Shown here piece after piece: positions 26,297 through 40,687 of a stretch of DNA of 64,000 bases. The stretch spans positions 66,978 through 130,977 of the forward strand of contig NMRA01000826.1 in the NCBI GenBank assembly GCA_002633005.1, in the 5' to 3' direction. Below the pieces are notes generated by a model. The model had not been told where the DNA came from, searched no databases, and was given only the letters and a program-made list of their open reading frames with translations. The DNA comes from Phoronis australis. Its lineage: Eukaryota > Animalia > Phoronida. Within the stretch, counting starts at the first letter, position 1. The number at the start of each line of letters is the position of its first letter. Both the position numbers and the translations under genes were made by a program.

Positions 26297-28157
26297 CTGT
26301 CAAGGTAAACTTTAACTTAACACACTTTTGACATTTCATTTGGGACTTAACTGTGTTCTCAAAGAAACAGTACTGTAATGACTTGATGAAGACAAAACTG
26401 TATAACGTAAACTAAAATACTGTCCGCAGATTTCTGTCGTTTACCTTTTTCTAAAAGCGATCTTACAGAAAAATCAGTTTTCAGGGGAAAATGGTCAACT
26501 GACTACAACTCTGGGTATTACTTTGTCCTGATAATTCCAGCAATCATCAAAGATACATAAGGTACATGGTGACCAAAAACTTTATGTTTTTGCCTCTTAA
26601 AATTATTCTTTCAGGAACCTCTACCAAACTTTACATATAAAAACTGCTATGAGTGAATGACATTTCAACCAAATTACAAAAATAAAGAAGGTTCTTTACC
26701 ATCTAACTGCCTCTTCTGTTCACCATTGTGATGCAAGCACATGCATGGTCAGGTAAACTCAAAGAACAGTCTTGGTCTACCGCACCTCCCAATTATGAGG
26801 TACAGAGACCTTAGTACAGCATGGGCAGCTAAACCAAAACATGGCATTATTGGAATCATTAGCTCACTTGATCAAGCTCAATTCTGAGCGTCATGTTGTT
26901 GAGCTTGAGAGGTTTTAATGGGAAATGGGTGTGTTAGAGATTAGCAGTGGTACCAAGATGGGTCCATCCCAATACAGCTTATGTAACACTTAAATTTAGG
27001 CTGTAATGTGTGTACTATGTTTAGGTCTTTACCGATGGCAGCAGCTCTCGACTGAGTCAGTCCGTGCCTAAAGGCCAGATGTGTAAAACATAATGCATCT
27101 ATGTGAGTAATGCATAACTCTTAGGTTTACCTGTTGTATCTGAAAGATAATCTTTCTCAGGTGTGTAAAGCACTCATGTTGCTTTGCGTATACACACATA
27201 TACCTTTGTATGTTTACCCAAGTTGGGTGCGTTGCCAGTGCGACTTGAGCTACAGCCAAGTAGTCTGTAACTAGACATACATGAAGAGTCGGTTACCACT
27301 GAAGTATGACGCTGTAAACTTATTTTCAGTTTTATAAGTGTTTTATTATCAGTTTTGTATAAATAATTATATTGGTTTGTCGAGTTTTATAAGTGTTCTA
27401 TTATCAGTTTTGTATAAATAATTATATTGGTTTGTCGCTTTGGCTCATCTCTGTGTGCACTTGTTCCATGCTCCCAATTTTACAACAGTATCAAAATGTT
27501 GATATTACAGATTTGTGAGGTAAGTCATGACCTGAAGGCATGACATTCAACGGACAGCACTCTCAACAGATTCAAACTTATTTTATGCTCACTTACAAGC
27601 TCACTTTAAATACTGTGTTACTTTATACAAATAACCCAAGCAGTAGCTTAAACAGGCTATAAAATGGTAACAAATAGAGATTAATTTCCAACTTTTTTTT
27701 GTAAAATAATAGAAATGCCATCCATTCCTAGTGTGGCTGGACAATGGTACAAAGATCTCTTGCCGGTCATGCGTGTAAAGCAACATTTATTATGAAAAAT
27801 ATGGCTGTCACTATTGAAAAAGAAAATATTCCCAATCCTTAATTATGGTGCTGAGGAGATTTCATCAGGGTAAAGTATGTAGAAGCTGTTCAAATAAGTT
27901 TTGTAAGTTCTTACTAAAACTAAGAATACGTCAAATGTAACAGCAAGGGCAGGGCGGGGATTGGGAAGATGCAGGATGCATTTTCAAAGACTGCAAAGTC
28001 ATTAAATACTGGTTAAAATTGACACCTGAAGCCAAAAGATAAGGCTAGAAGTATGACTAAGTGTTACTAATTTTAATACGAGATGGGTCACCCAGTAAAT
28101 AGTTTCATAGGTTGAAAGCAACATTAGGCAAGCTTATGCCCATCCAGACATGACCAA

Positions 28158-28363
28158 ACAGGGACAGGCATACCACGTGGCATACCACAGGGACAGGCAT
28201 AACACAGGACAGGCATACCACAGGACAGGCATACCACAGGGACAGGCATACCACAAGGACAGGCATAACACAGGACAGGCATACCACAGGACAGGCATAA
28301 CACAGGACAGGCATACCACAGGACAGGTACACCACAGGGACAGGCATACCACAGGACAGGCAT
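28158..28363. repeat. 16-17-bp minisatellite (ACAGGACAGGCATACC)
   Basis: seen directly; source of the Cys/Val-rich spurious ORFs. Confidence 0.92.
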
Positions 28364-28650
28364 TAAGTTTTCCAGGCCATCACAAGTGTCTTTCTTGCTC
28401 AATACTGTGTCATTCACCACAAAAGAAAATTTAAATTTGACTAGAAGCACAAAAGTGATGTACGTGTACAAAAAGTTCTTATCCACATATTGTGGGTAGG
28501 TTGTGCATAAGTTTTGGAATAAATGCATAGAATTGATACCAAAAGTTGTGGAATAGGTTTTCAAACTCCGTTCAAGTAAGGTACCTCCACGTACTGAAAG
28601 CAGACATGACTGCAAAAGAGACTTATGATTCTATTCTTGTACTCACATAC

Positions 28651-28772
28651 CTCGTAGACAGGTCATCCACAACACTGATGATGAAATGTAGCAAGATCTT
28701 CCTTGCAGCAGCACCATCAACTTCACTGTCACTGCCATCTTCTGTCAGGAGACATGACTGAAGTAACAACAC
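28651..28772 (-). CDS. FANCF: FANCF-like exon
   Basis: VLLLQSCLLTEDGSDSEVDGAAARKILLHFIISVVDDLST, compare KVIAVALLQ...SQVLVHWLL; phase 0-2. Confidence 0.6.
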
Positions 28773-29640
28773 CTGCCAAAGTACCATAAAAAGCCAGTTT
28801 ACGTCCTAAGTTGTGAAGAAAAATTTGGTCAACTGAGGTCATTTCAAGATTAATTGTATTTCGTCACTTGATTTTTCAAATACAGGCAGACATTTTGAAT
28901 AAGAAAAATGGTTCTCATCAACAATCAGCACGATTTCTTAGTTAACCGTACTTTCAATCTCTCCAATGTTGAAAACTGCCACTAACAATGTCTATGAGTC
29001 TATATTTTGAACATCTAAGTGACAATTCACACCGGCAATAAGACCAGAAACTTTCAGTCTGCAATCCAGTTTCAAGTTTAAATCATCAACACATTACAAA
29101 TAAATTATTAGACCCATAAAGTGGCTATAATCCCATCTTACATCATAAGACCCACACTTTTGTTATCAATTAATTCATACTATTCTCAAATTACTGACTG
29201 CATGTGTCCCAAAAAGAGAACTCCATTCCAGTACCTTCAGAAAACTGTCACAAAAATCAGGCAAAATTGATGGTTTTGACACCAACTCTTATTTGTCAGG
29301 GAATACTCTCTCATTGCACGCAGGTAGGTGGTCGAAGGCTACACTCTGTATTTTAAAGCAGGGAATATTCCCTGCACAGTGTTCCCTTACTTCAAGCATA
29401 TAATTACATAGTTAAAGGCTAAGTTTCACCCATGCCATTTATTCCCTATGCTATTGGAAGTACTGAGAAAAGTTAAAAATTTTATTAAAAAAATTGCAGG
29501 TGGTCTGGTACACGTACCAGACAAGAGCAAGCCGCGTATGTGGGCCCATTGCACTCATCACCTGGAACCATTTTTATGCTTTATTAATATATGGTTAAAA
29601 CTGAACAGAGGAGCTAGAAACCGGACTCAAGGATCTAGCT

Positions 29641-29721
29641 GTGTGGCCCAGAGGAACTCGAACCCACAACCGTCTTGAGTAAAGAAAGCGGGCACCTATC
29701 GCAATAGGCCACATTGCCTCC
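29641..29721 (-). mobile_element. tRNA-derived SINE head (degenerate)
   Basis: minus strand A-box-like TGGCCTATTGCG and B-box GGTTCGAGTTC; no intact cloverleaf. Confidence 0.45.
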
Positions 29722-30532
29722 TCAAAGTTAAACATTGGATACCCTATAATTTTGAAATTCAGTTAATTTTGCTTTTTTTGTTTCTAAGATCGAAACCTTG
29801 CTTTTGCTTTTCAAATAAAGGGATACTATATTCCCTTTTAGCTTATAAACTGTGGTAACTACATCACAAGTCCTTAAAAAATAATGCTCTGCAATCATAG
29901 TCAACTCACAAAAGTTTGGAACACATTGGACATATAAGTGTGCTTCACTGGTGAGTGTGACCAACATTTTCTTTCAATTAGACAGCTTTTAGGAAAAATC
30001 AGGAAGTTTTCTATCTGACTAACACTTGTATGTAGGAGGTGAGATAGCAGGTGACAGATCCAGTTTGTGATGAAAGCACCTAAACAGGATTGTATACTTT
30101 GTTGAAGATAGTAAACAAATGAAGCTAACGTTAAAAGTTTAATATCAACAACATACCATGGTACATGTATTTAAGTACATCAATCACATCAATTGAAAGG
30201 TTTTCGCTGTGCTTCCGCAAGAGCAAATGACTGCATGATTTATTAAATGATCTTGTTTATATCTTAAGACTACCTGCACATACTGAAAGCATTACTACAC
30301 TATCCTACAAGACTACTAACTTAAAAATAAGAATTCCTTTTAAAGTTAAAAGCTAAATTTATCAGTCATGATGGACTGCTTTAATCAATAATGTCTTGTA
30401 TGATCTCCATAAACTACAAAGTTACACTAAAAACCCAATGGCTATAACCCAGTTTCGCGTGATTGCAAAACGAGAAATGAACTGTAGACAAAAATTGTTA
30501 ATTTTGATGGAAAAAGTAGTCTGTGTGGCATC

Positions 30533-30554
30533 TTAAGGCATCTTTTTCTTCTTC
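30533..30554 (-). CDS. Nested gene probable last coding exon (KKKKMP*)
   Basis: strong acceptor ttttctgtttcag, phase 2; minus-strand AATAAA at 30239-30244. Confidence 0.45.
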
Positions 30555-30930
30555 CTGAAACAGAAAATTGAACCATAACGTAAAGACCTTGTGCTTGTGC
30601 TTCACATACTATATATAGTTAAAAAACACAAACATTGAATGAAACTCATTATACTGCATGAATTTAAAGAATTTTGTGCTTGGTTTGCAAATGATTAGGA
30701 CTGTCTGATATTCTTGAATTTACTATGAGTTCAGGATGGTTTTCACAAGCTTCAATGTGATAAGCAACTTTTGGGACACTCATGATTCAAATTAACTGTC
30801 CTTTGAGTACGAAAAAGGTATACATTTTCTGAATCCTTGAGTGAACACTTAGAATACTAAAATCTTGCTCCTGATCATCAGATTGAGACTTTTGTGTTAA
30901 AGTTGCTTTTTCTCCAAGCACGAATTTCTG

Positions 30931-32979
30931 AACAAGAGCAACGCAGAGCGTTGAAATGCGCCCACGAATGCATCGCTAACGATGTTCTTCTAGGGGTGTT
31001 TACTTCGAACATAAAAATAGCAACCAGATGGCGCAAAATGTCAATTCCATCTAAGAACTTGCATGTATCATCAAAACTATTTACCAAATTTCATAAAAAT
31101 CCGTAAAGGAACTTCTGAGAAAACAGGAAAATGAAACAAGAGCAACGCAAAGCGTTGAAATGCGCCCACAATTGCACCGCATACGGTATCCTTTTAGGGT
31201 TGTTTATTGGTACCATAAAGTGGCCAGTAGAGGGCATATATGTAGTATGTTGTACTTAGCAAAATGGAAAGGTATGGTCATTGTCTCCTCAATAGGCTAG
31301 GGGAAAAATGTGAGTAATCTTCATAATACAAGCACATCCTATACACCAGTTGCTTAAAGCACCACAGAAACATAGAATTAAAAACAAATTTACCAACATA
31401 CGAGATTAGCACAGCACTAGAATGCCAGAAACAAATTTCTACTTGGAACTTTTCCTTCATAGTCACGAAGTAACACAAAGTATACACCTGAAGACCTATG
31501 AAAATACAGAGGTCAATGTAAAATACTAAAATTGCCACTAGAGGCANAACTTCATGAACGTATGTCAGAGGGTTTTGGAGATAGAGTAGTGGACGCCGGA
31601 CGCCGCCCGGACGGACGGACGTACGGACGGACGGACAGAGATGACGGCATAATGCGTCCACATATAAATATGTGGGCGCATAAAAATGAAAATGCCACTA
31701 TATAAGCCCAAAAAACATAACTGCCACTATGAGGCGCCAAGGTAGATAACGTCATCGGAAAATCATCATCAGACTTCCTCTTCACATTTTAATAGGAATA
31801 TAAATGCCAATTTCCACAACCATCCTTAGAGTGGTTTGGTTGACAGAGGGGCAGACATCAAATTACAAGACTCGAAAACAGTAAAAATGGCCACAAGGTG
31901 GCGCAAAATGTCTCCAATTTTACCAAAAAGCAGATGATAACGTCACCTCACTAATAGATGCCTAACTGCCAAATTTTCTGAAAATCGATTGACGACCCAT
32001 TAAGATACAGACAAACGTTAAAAACTACAATTGCCACTAGGGGGCACACGAGTAGCCCGATCCTTCCAAAAGTTGTCATCCTCTGTTGTCACATTCATAT
32101 AAATACACCAGCAAAATTCAATAAAGATCCTACAGAGCGTTTAGGAGATACAGCAATGGGCGCAAAAACAAACAAAACTGCCACTAGGACGCGCCATAGT
32201 ATTCGAAATCTTCGAAAATCATCGTTAGCCACCGTCTTCACATTAAGAACATATGGTTGATAGAATGGCGGATACCAAAAACCAGACTCAAAAACAGTAA
32301 AAATGGCCACTAGGTGGCGCAAAGTACCACAAATCCGTCCGAAAATGGGAGGATGGCATCATTTCACTAATAGATGTCTAACTGCCTTATTTTATGAAAA
32401 TCCATTAAGGACCTCCAAATCTACACTGGAGGTAAGCGTAAAAAAATTAAAATCGCCACTAGTATTCGCAGAGGTCCGAAATTCGTTGTCATCGGTCTTC
32501 AGCTTAATGGGAAAACATCTGCCAAAGCTCATTAACATCCTGTGAGGGGTTTAGGAGATGCAGTCTGGGCGCAAAAAACAAACAAAACAATCACCAGGAG
32601 GCGCTAAAGTTGTTGACGTCTTCTGAAAATCATCGTCAGTCGCCCTATTCACAGTAACAACATATATCAATGCCAATTTTAAAAATCATACATCGGTTTT
32701 GTAGATAGAACAGCGGACACCAAAAAACAGATACGTAAACAGTAAAAATAGCCACTAGGAAGCGCAAAGTATCCCGAATCCGTCCGAAAACCGTAGTCGA
32801 AGAGGTCCAAAACTCGCCATCGTCCGTCGTGAGCTTCATAGGAACACATCTGCCAAATCTCATCAAGATCCTGGGATGGGTTTAGGAGATACAGCTGCGG
32901 ATGGCGGATGACCGGATGCCCAGACAGAGATGACGATAATATGTGACCACATATAAATAATTATGTGGACGCATAAAAA
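30931..32979 (-). mobile_element. HINE-like element with a second HINE (31135-31686) inserted inside
   Basis: two AACAAGAGCAACGC starts and two terminal hairpins in nested order. Confidence 0.8.
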
Positions 32980-35900
32980 TCAGCAGGTAACACCCATGTT
33001 TGAAGTATTAAATACTGAATATTTTTTACAAACAATGGAGGTACCAGCCATAAAAATTACCTCTTGAAACCAATTCCACAAGTTAAGTTTTGTTGGTTTT
33101 CATTCTTAACGATTGATATTTTAATTTAAAATAAAAATCTCAGAGAATTGCTTCTCTTTGCCACAGACCATAAAATGAGTATACCAGTTTTGAGCAAATG
33201 TCCCCACTTATAGAGAAAAATGTTCAAGACTCCTAAATGTTGAAAAGGAAGTAACCAATAAAGATATTTGGTTGAAGTTGTCCAAAACATCTCGCACGTT
33301 TGGCACATAAAAGATGTGAATAAAGTCCTCATCTCAAAGGGCATTCTAGTTCAAAAAAATTATTATGAAACATGGCATAATGTTCTTATTTTCTGTTATC
33401 AAATTAAAAGCTTTTTTAGCACAACTTTGTACATCGGACGAGATCGGAAAATCATCGACTATTCCTATCTATTTCCGTGACCTGAGTTCCTGTGTGTCAG
33501 TTCAGGAACGATTCTTAAATGACGGTCATATTGTCCTTGAAAACGTATTGACATCACCGTGAGCGTAAATGTATTGTTACTTTGTTTGGTTGCTTTTGAT
33601 TCCCATTTTGGTTCTTTTTATACAAACTTGATTATTTAAAGTCCAAATTTTACTTGTTCTTTGTATATGACGAATGGTATTTAATGCATAATCATAAGTT
33701 TGTGAAGTACCGTCACAAAGTCTCCCATAGTCAACACTCGGCTACTGAGGTCAGCCCTGACTCATCGCGAGGGTAGGTCAAATTTCAACAACAGTACCCG
33801 TTTAGGTAGTATATCAGAGGAAAAAAGTTTCTGAGTCAACAAATGTCTTATCATTAAATTGATGCAAAGTACCAGCCTGAAGTTAGCAATTGCCGTGTCA
33901 CGGTGACTACCCAAACGTGTGAGCGCAGTGTGTAATTGGCAGCAAATCGGCACCAGTTTTACTGGCTGTTTAAAAATGTAAAATAAAAAAGAACATCCAC
34001 ATACGGCGATGTTTCGACAATCAAAAACAAGTTTTATCTCAAAACTGACAGTGAGCTTTACATCTGTGCTTGATTTTGCTGTCAGGACACAGAAACCAGC
34101 GAAGTAATTCGTCGCGACTCTTCGCCGGGAAAATAATCACTTGATAAATTGGCTTTGGTTTTCAATCATCACTGACAATATATTTCCAAACCTCACACAA
34201 AAAACTTACAATATATACCTCTGTTGTCTAAATATAAAAATTCCGCGCCGCAAACCGGGGCGGGGGAGGAGTGTAGAGGATTTTCGTCAATGAGCTGAAT
34301 GTCAGCGATGGGAAAATATTGGTGTTAGGAGCATGACACAGTATTTTTTAATCTCTTTGTCACAGGAATTTCACTCATTCAGAGCCGGGTAGCTAATTTT
34401 CATCTTGCTACATGGAGCAGACGTCCGACCGCGTACCATGGCAGCGTTTTCCCGTTCAGTGACTTTACCAGACGTAGGGGGTTCTGAGCATGCGATAAAA
34501 TCTAGCTTCTTTGTTGACTGCCAAGCACACTCTTTTATCTGTTATGACAAGTAGGCCAATTATCTACCATGAGGCTTATTACAGACCACGTGTGAACACA
34601 GTCAAACTCAGAGTGACTTGGTGTATTCGGAAAGAATAGATTGTCGTACCTTCATTTGCAGTAAGGCCATTTTGGCGATTCAAAAACTAAACATGATCCC
34701 AATTTGATGAAGACTTCAGAAATACTACTGGTTTATGTTCAAGTATGTTATAACTCAACTTTTTGTTTTAACAGCACAGCCCAGTCAGGGTAGATAGGAA
34801 CTTATTGGAGATTAGAGCAATTATCGAACAACAGAGAGCTGGCTCTCCAACCATAAATGCCAGAATGAAGTTAATCAGTCGTGTCAGATATTGGCTTCTG
34901 GGGGTAAACTTCCCAACTTGTTGTTTGGCTATAGAATCGAACAAGTTGGGAGCAACGAAAAAACGCCGTAATGTGGCAGGCCAGGCAGTCCGGCTTTGTC
35001 GGCTAGCAGCGTATACGAATGTTTCTGCCCAAGTGGGAATTATTCCTTTTACTTTAAACTCGTTAATACTTACAGTACCATTTGGAACCATGGCAAGTTT
35101 TCCACCTGCAGTTATTTCGCCTCCAAATTGTATTCTCTTGGCACTCAGCCGCCCGGCCGTAGCCGCCAAGTCGCGTCTAAATTCATTTTCCATATTCACG
35201 CAAGTTTAACTGTAAGGATATTCTAACTGTATAACAATTTTATTCAATATTTGATGTTGCGTGTTCGTTGTTCTGTTTATACTGTTTGTTTACCAGAGAC
35301 TGTTAAACCCAGCAAAACACGCTTATCGTAGCCCGCCATAGGCCCGTTATTATTCAATCGTTGCCGCAAAACTGTTACTAGTCCTTAATTTTATACAAGA
35401 GTCGGAAACTATTTTGGTATGTACACGGCATTCATGATTTGAACCATTTATTCCGATAAAACACTGGGACGGCATGCCTTCATCTTTTGTCAGTGCGAGT
35501 GGTCTGATCGGTCAGCACCAGGTCATTGGCTGCAGATCCAAGCTCGGCAAAATAATTTCTGCCGAAATTTATTTTCAATTGACACATTTTGTTAACATTT
35601 TCAATACAAATTTTCCCTATTTTGGTTTTAGAAAAGTTGAGGTCCGCTATCGATTATTTTATCCCCGTTTGGAGGCTGGTAACGGACTCTGCTCCAGTCG
35701 CACAGCTGGCGTATCCTTAGCCTGGGTTCCTGAATGAATTGTACTTCTGGCTTCGCAGTTAGTTCAAAATGGCAGTGTGATCTTCCAATCGGAATTATGA
35801 GTGATGCGTTTATTTAAACTTTCTTCGACTACGGATTGTGTATTGGTTACGGGATAAGTACTGAATGGTTGCTAAGAATGTCCTCGAACCACTTAATAAG

Positions 35901-36022
35901 GGTTAAAAAACATGTGCTTCTAGGACTTTAAAGAATTCCTTTTGAGGGTAGCAATTAAATCTTAAGACCTTATTTTAGTAATGACGCACATGTTGCATTT
36001 CTGAAATAAGAACTCTACTTAC

Positions 36023-36300
36023 GCATATGCTGTAATCACCTGGACAAGATTATCGGGAGGAGTTATGCAGCCACCACATAACTGGCTTGGCAAAGACCCA
36101 ACAACGTAACTTGGGAACACCTGGAGGGTATGCATTCTCCCCTTGCCTAATTGCAACGACCCTTCACTTTCTGACATTGTAAATTTTCCATCTTCATCAA
36201 CGTAGCCAATGGGCTTTTTACAATGTTGGAGCGAGTTTGGTCCAACCCACCGGCCCAAGTAAATAGCACCTCTGCTCCACTCCACAATGCCAATAATTTC
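36023..36300 (-). CDS. Nested gene exon (beta-rich C-terminal domain)
   Basis: ttgttttag|EIIGIVEWSRGAIYLGRWVG...NLVQVITAY|gtaagt; 278 nt open; phase 0-2. Confidence 0.6.
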
Positions 36301-36355
36301 CTAAAACAATGCGACATTAACATAATTCAACAACATTATGTATCAAAGCTCTAAA

Positions 36356-38071
36356 AACAAGAGCAATGCGGAGCATTGAAATGCACCCACGAATGCATTG
36401 CAAATGGTGTGCTTTTAGGGTTGCTTATTTGTGTCATAAAATGGCAGCTAGATGGTGCAAAACATACAATCTGTCCGAAAGCGGGAACATGTCATTGCTT
36501 CTTTAATAGAAAGCTAAACTCCAAATTTCATAGAAATCGGTCATGGAACTTCAGAGAAACAAAGGAAATCAGAATAAAATGAAATTGCCACTAAGGGGGC
36601 ACAGTGTTCATTGGATCCGCCTGAAAGTTGTCATTGTCTGTTGTTAGCTTCATATAAATAAACTTACAAAATTTAATAAAGATCCTGCAGTGGGTTTAGT
36701 AGAGGCAGCTATGGGCGCAAAACAAAACAAAACTACCACGAGGAAGTGCAAAAATAGTCAAAGTTGTCATCATCAACCGTCCTCTTCACACTGAGAACAT
36801 ACACGCCAATTTTCAAAACCATCCTCAGAATGATTCGGTTTATAGAGAGGTAGATGCCAAAAAACAGATTCAAAAAGAGCAAAAATCACCACTAGGTGGT
36901 GCAAAGTACCTTGATTCCATCCGAAAACAGGAGGATAGCGTCATCTCACCAATATATGCCCGTATTCAAAATTTTATGAAAATCTGTTGAGGACCTTTGA
37001 AGGAAAACGTAAAACTAAAATTGCCAACAGGGGGCATACGAGTAGTCAGATCCATCCCAAAATCATCATCGTCCGTTGTCAACATCATGTAAACACACTT
37101 CTTAAATTTAGTAGTAAAGATCCTGCATATGGTTTAGTAGATACAGCCATGGGCGCCACAGTAGTCGAAGTCATCGGAAAGTCATTGTCAGCAATACACT
37201 TCATAGTAAAAACATACACGCCAAATAACAAGACTTGAAAACAGTAAAAAAGGCTACGAGGTGGTGCAAACTAGGTCAAATCCATCTGAAAACGGAAAGA
37301 TAGCGTCACCTCACTAACAGAAACCTGTATGCCACATTTTATGAAATTACGTTGAGGACCTTTGAAGATACAGACTGAAAACGTTAAAAAAAAAATTACC
37401 ACCAGGTGGCACACCAGTTGTCCGATCTGTTCGAAACTCGTTGTCGTCTATTGTCAACATCATATAAATGCACTTACTAAGTTTAGTAAAGATGCTACAA
37501 ATGGTTTAGGAGATATAGCCATAAGCGCAAAACAACAAAACTGCCACTTGGAGGGGCCACAGTAGTCGAAGTTGACAGAAAATCATCGTCAACCATCCTC
37601 TTCATAGTAAGGACATACATGCCAATTTTCACAATCATACTTAGAGCGATTTGGTTGATAGAGGGGTGGACGTCAAAAAACAGACTCGAAAAAATGGCCA
37701 CTAGGTGGAGCAAACCAAGTCGAATCCATCCGAAAGCGGGATGATGCTGTCGTCTTACTAATAGATGCCTAATTACCAAATTTTATGAAAATACGTTGAG
37801 GACCTTTGAAGATACAGAGGTAAACATAAAAAACTAAAATTGCCACTAGGGGGCATACCGGTAGTCGGATCCGTTCGAAAGTTCGCTCATGCTGTCCCAT
37901 CAATGAAAGGAACACAATGTGCAAAATTTCATGAACATACGTCAAACCATTTTGAAGATAGAGCAACGGACACTGGACGCCGGACGGACGCTGCCCGGAT
38001 GGATGCAGATGACAGCATAATGCGCCCACATATAAATATGTGGGCGCATTTTATACGTGGGCGCATAAAAA
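36356..38071 (-). mobile_element. HINE-like element with internal ~145-bp tandem array
   Basis: both termini present; repeated GCCACTAG units. Confidence 0.82.
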
Positions 38072-38226
38072 TACTGCATCAGTAATGAGGGTATCTTGAA
38101 AAAGCTACCAACATTTTACGCAATTACATACTCAGACAACTTACATCAATGTGTTTTTCCTTCACCCTCTTGGCACGAGGTTCATTCGCCTGTAAAAGTT
38201 TCATAATTTTGGTTACAGTGAAGTTA

Positions 38227-38446
38227 GAGCTGTTCCAGTAAAATCTGTATGGGAATGGGGGAAGGCACCTTTTTTCGCACCCACCACCCATATTTTTCAT
38301 TTATTTCTTCAGCCTACTACCCGTAATTTTTTATAAGTTTGAAATGCAACCACCCGTAATTTTTTTTGTTCTTGTGGTTGACTGCACAGGCGCTTGAGTT
38401 TATCTGTTCCTCCATCACCACTAACGTCATTCATTACTAAGAAAAC
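38227..38446. mobile_element. Harbinger-type MITE left part, cut by an assembly join
   Basis: near-identical to 7550-7770; TTA flank. Confidence 0.8.
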
Positions 38447-38860
38447 NTGCAGATTCTGGTTATAACAAATTTTAGCAAAAAATATAACTTTGTGTAAGTT
38501 GGCAGCAAATTTTCTTCAAAGCAAGGGCAGTTGAACCATTGTTTTCATGTTCACAGCAGTTCTGTAGATTATACTACTCTTAACAATGACAGCTGTGTCC
38601 AATCAAAAATCCATGTGGCCATCTGCGTCTTTTCACTTCATTATTACAATGAACATCAGGCACCTGTTGAGTTGTGTCTATACAAAAGCGGGTGACATTC
38701 TGAACTTATGAGAGGACTATAGGGAAGCAAAAATCAACAGAAGCCAGTGTAATATTCAATAAAAAACACATAAAGATAATGACACAAGTTGCTGCTCAGA
38801 TGCATCAGAAATTTTGAAGCGGTGACATCATGATTACTATATTTGATAATGTTTACATAC

Positions 38861-38923
38861 TTTGTCAGACTTTCGTTTGTTGTTAACTGGTTGGCTACTG
38901 ATGGCACCCTGTCTCAATTCATC
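38861..38923 (-). CDS. Nested gene exon (basic, NLS-like KRK)
   Basis: cctttcag|DELRQGAISSQPVNNKRKSDK|gtatgt; phase 0-0. Confidence 0.55.
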
Positions 38924-39469
38924 CTGAAAGGTGAAAAATACACTGCAATAAACTGCACAATTACGATAAAAGCAACCCTGCTAATTGTAACAAAAAGCTT
39001 CACTGGGTTGGAAAATAATGGTAAGCAAATTGCTACTTAATTAAGTACACATCAGAATTTCGACATCCCAAAAGTGTAGTTATTTCTTTTTGATGCATTC
39101 AACAAAACTTACTAAAAATAGCACAGAAGCGTCATGGTGAATAACTGGTTGCCTATTAAAATATACAAAAGTCATACAAGATCATCTAAATTCAGGCACA
39201 AAACAGTTTATTTGCAAGACGCGTTTCCCAGAAAAACTACATTTTCACCAACTTTCTTGTGTTTAATAAGCGCACATACTGTGTTTCTTACGTGGAGAAT
39301 TTTATTCTCAGTCCAAGATACCCATTGGTTTACAAAAAACATAATCACAGTTTGTCAAAACAAAATACCACTTTGGTGTCTGCCCGTGTTGTGTGCTGAA
39401 CCCAAACTTGATGATCCAGCAAACGCAAAATATTCACGCATTTCCAGTTTCTGTTCTTAATTCATCATT

Positions 39470-40090
39470 CATAAACAAGTACAAAAAACAGACAAATACA
39501 TCCATTCACACCTCAGAAAAGACCATTCTTGTATCTCATATAAAGTAAACAACTGGTACATTGAGTTAAAGTAAACACTAAAATTTTCCCATTTCCCAGA
39601 GAAGCTGTCACACACAAAACTTTTAAACGAAACTAATTTTTCATGATTATAGTACTCATGAGTATATGTAACAAACTTGTGAATATTAGGAATATTTTTG
39701 TGACATCTCTCCTCATAAATGTACTGTTTCGCTGGTAATAGCAAAATGTTAAATAAAAAATCATGTGTCTCATAAAGTCCAAGAATAAGACAAACAGTTG
39801 GGAAGTTGAACGAGACACTTTTAAGAAGTTTCTGAATTCCTTTCAAAAACCTTCTACAGGGCGACATTCCCAAAAAAGGTATGACAGTGTCTCTGGAACT
39901 TCATAACAAAAGGAACATAAATTAGAGTCCCGAAATTAGATTTTGACTACAAAAAAGTATTTGTCGCAATAATCCTGTAGAGTGTAATACTCTAAATTGG
40001 AAATATGTAAAGTTGGGATCCTTTGTAATTTCATAAGGCAATGTGTATATTATGTTCTTCCAATCTATACTAACTCAATTTCCCAACAAA
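39470..40090 (-). mobile_element. Tx1/L1 LINE ORF2 C-terminal fragment
   Basis: frameshifted DWKNIIY..FQFRVLH..LCSFCYEVPETLSYLF (zf-RVT), then ILGL..NILLLPAKQYIY..HEK..KW. Confidence 0.75.
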
Positions 40091-40687
40091 TATGTGTGAC
40101 GGGACGTTCGTAACTTTACGCTTATTGTTATTCTTATTTAGTTGCAAATGTTCAGTTATTCTTATGCTAATGTCTTTGTTGCGTCTCAGTGCGCCTTTGT
40201 TACGTGGGCATGCGGGCGCGACTGTATGTGTCGGGCACTTCACTAGCGACAGGCTTAGGAGAAGGGTGTTTGCCTTCCTTTGCCTACATGAAATTGATCG
40301 TCATCATGTGTAACTGAACTGAACGTATGCCTGATGAGGAAAAATACACATTTTTGATGCTCAGTGGAGACTTGCTCTGTTACATATGTCTACAACCCTT
40401 CACAATTCCAGGTTGATGACTGCATCCACAAAAAATCACATCCACCCACCCAGCAGTTAGGGAGATTTTAAAGATATTTACCAGTATAAGCAGACATTCT
40501 CGCCTGAGTATACCCAACCATTCTAAAACAACCAAAGTAAACAAACGCCCCTCGCACTGAGGTATGGCTTGCGCTCTTGCCCCGGCATAAACTGCTTCTG
40601 AGAAGGTGCATAATGAAGGTAAAGGGACTCCATAGCCTTCATAAAGCATATTAAGCTCATTTACATGAAAATTAAATCTCATGAGAN

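Noticed and set aside
28105-28615. Cys/Val-rich ORFs
   Set aside because: Minisatellite translations in several frames.
29641-29721. tRNA gene
   Set aside because: Only A/B boxes remain; stems do not form a cloverleaf, so treated as a SINE relic.
40304-40330. Alternative terminal exon of the nested gene (AYVQFSYT*)
   Set aside because: Good acceptor, but downstream in-phase exons continue the protein; unsupported without transcripts.
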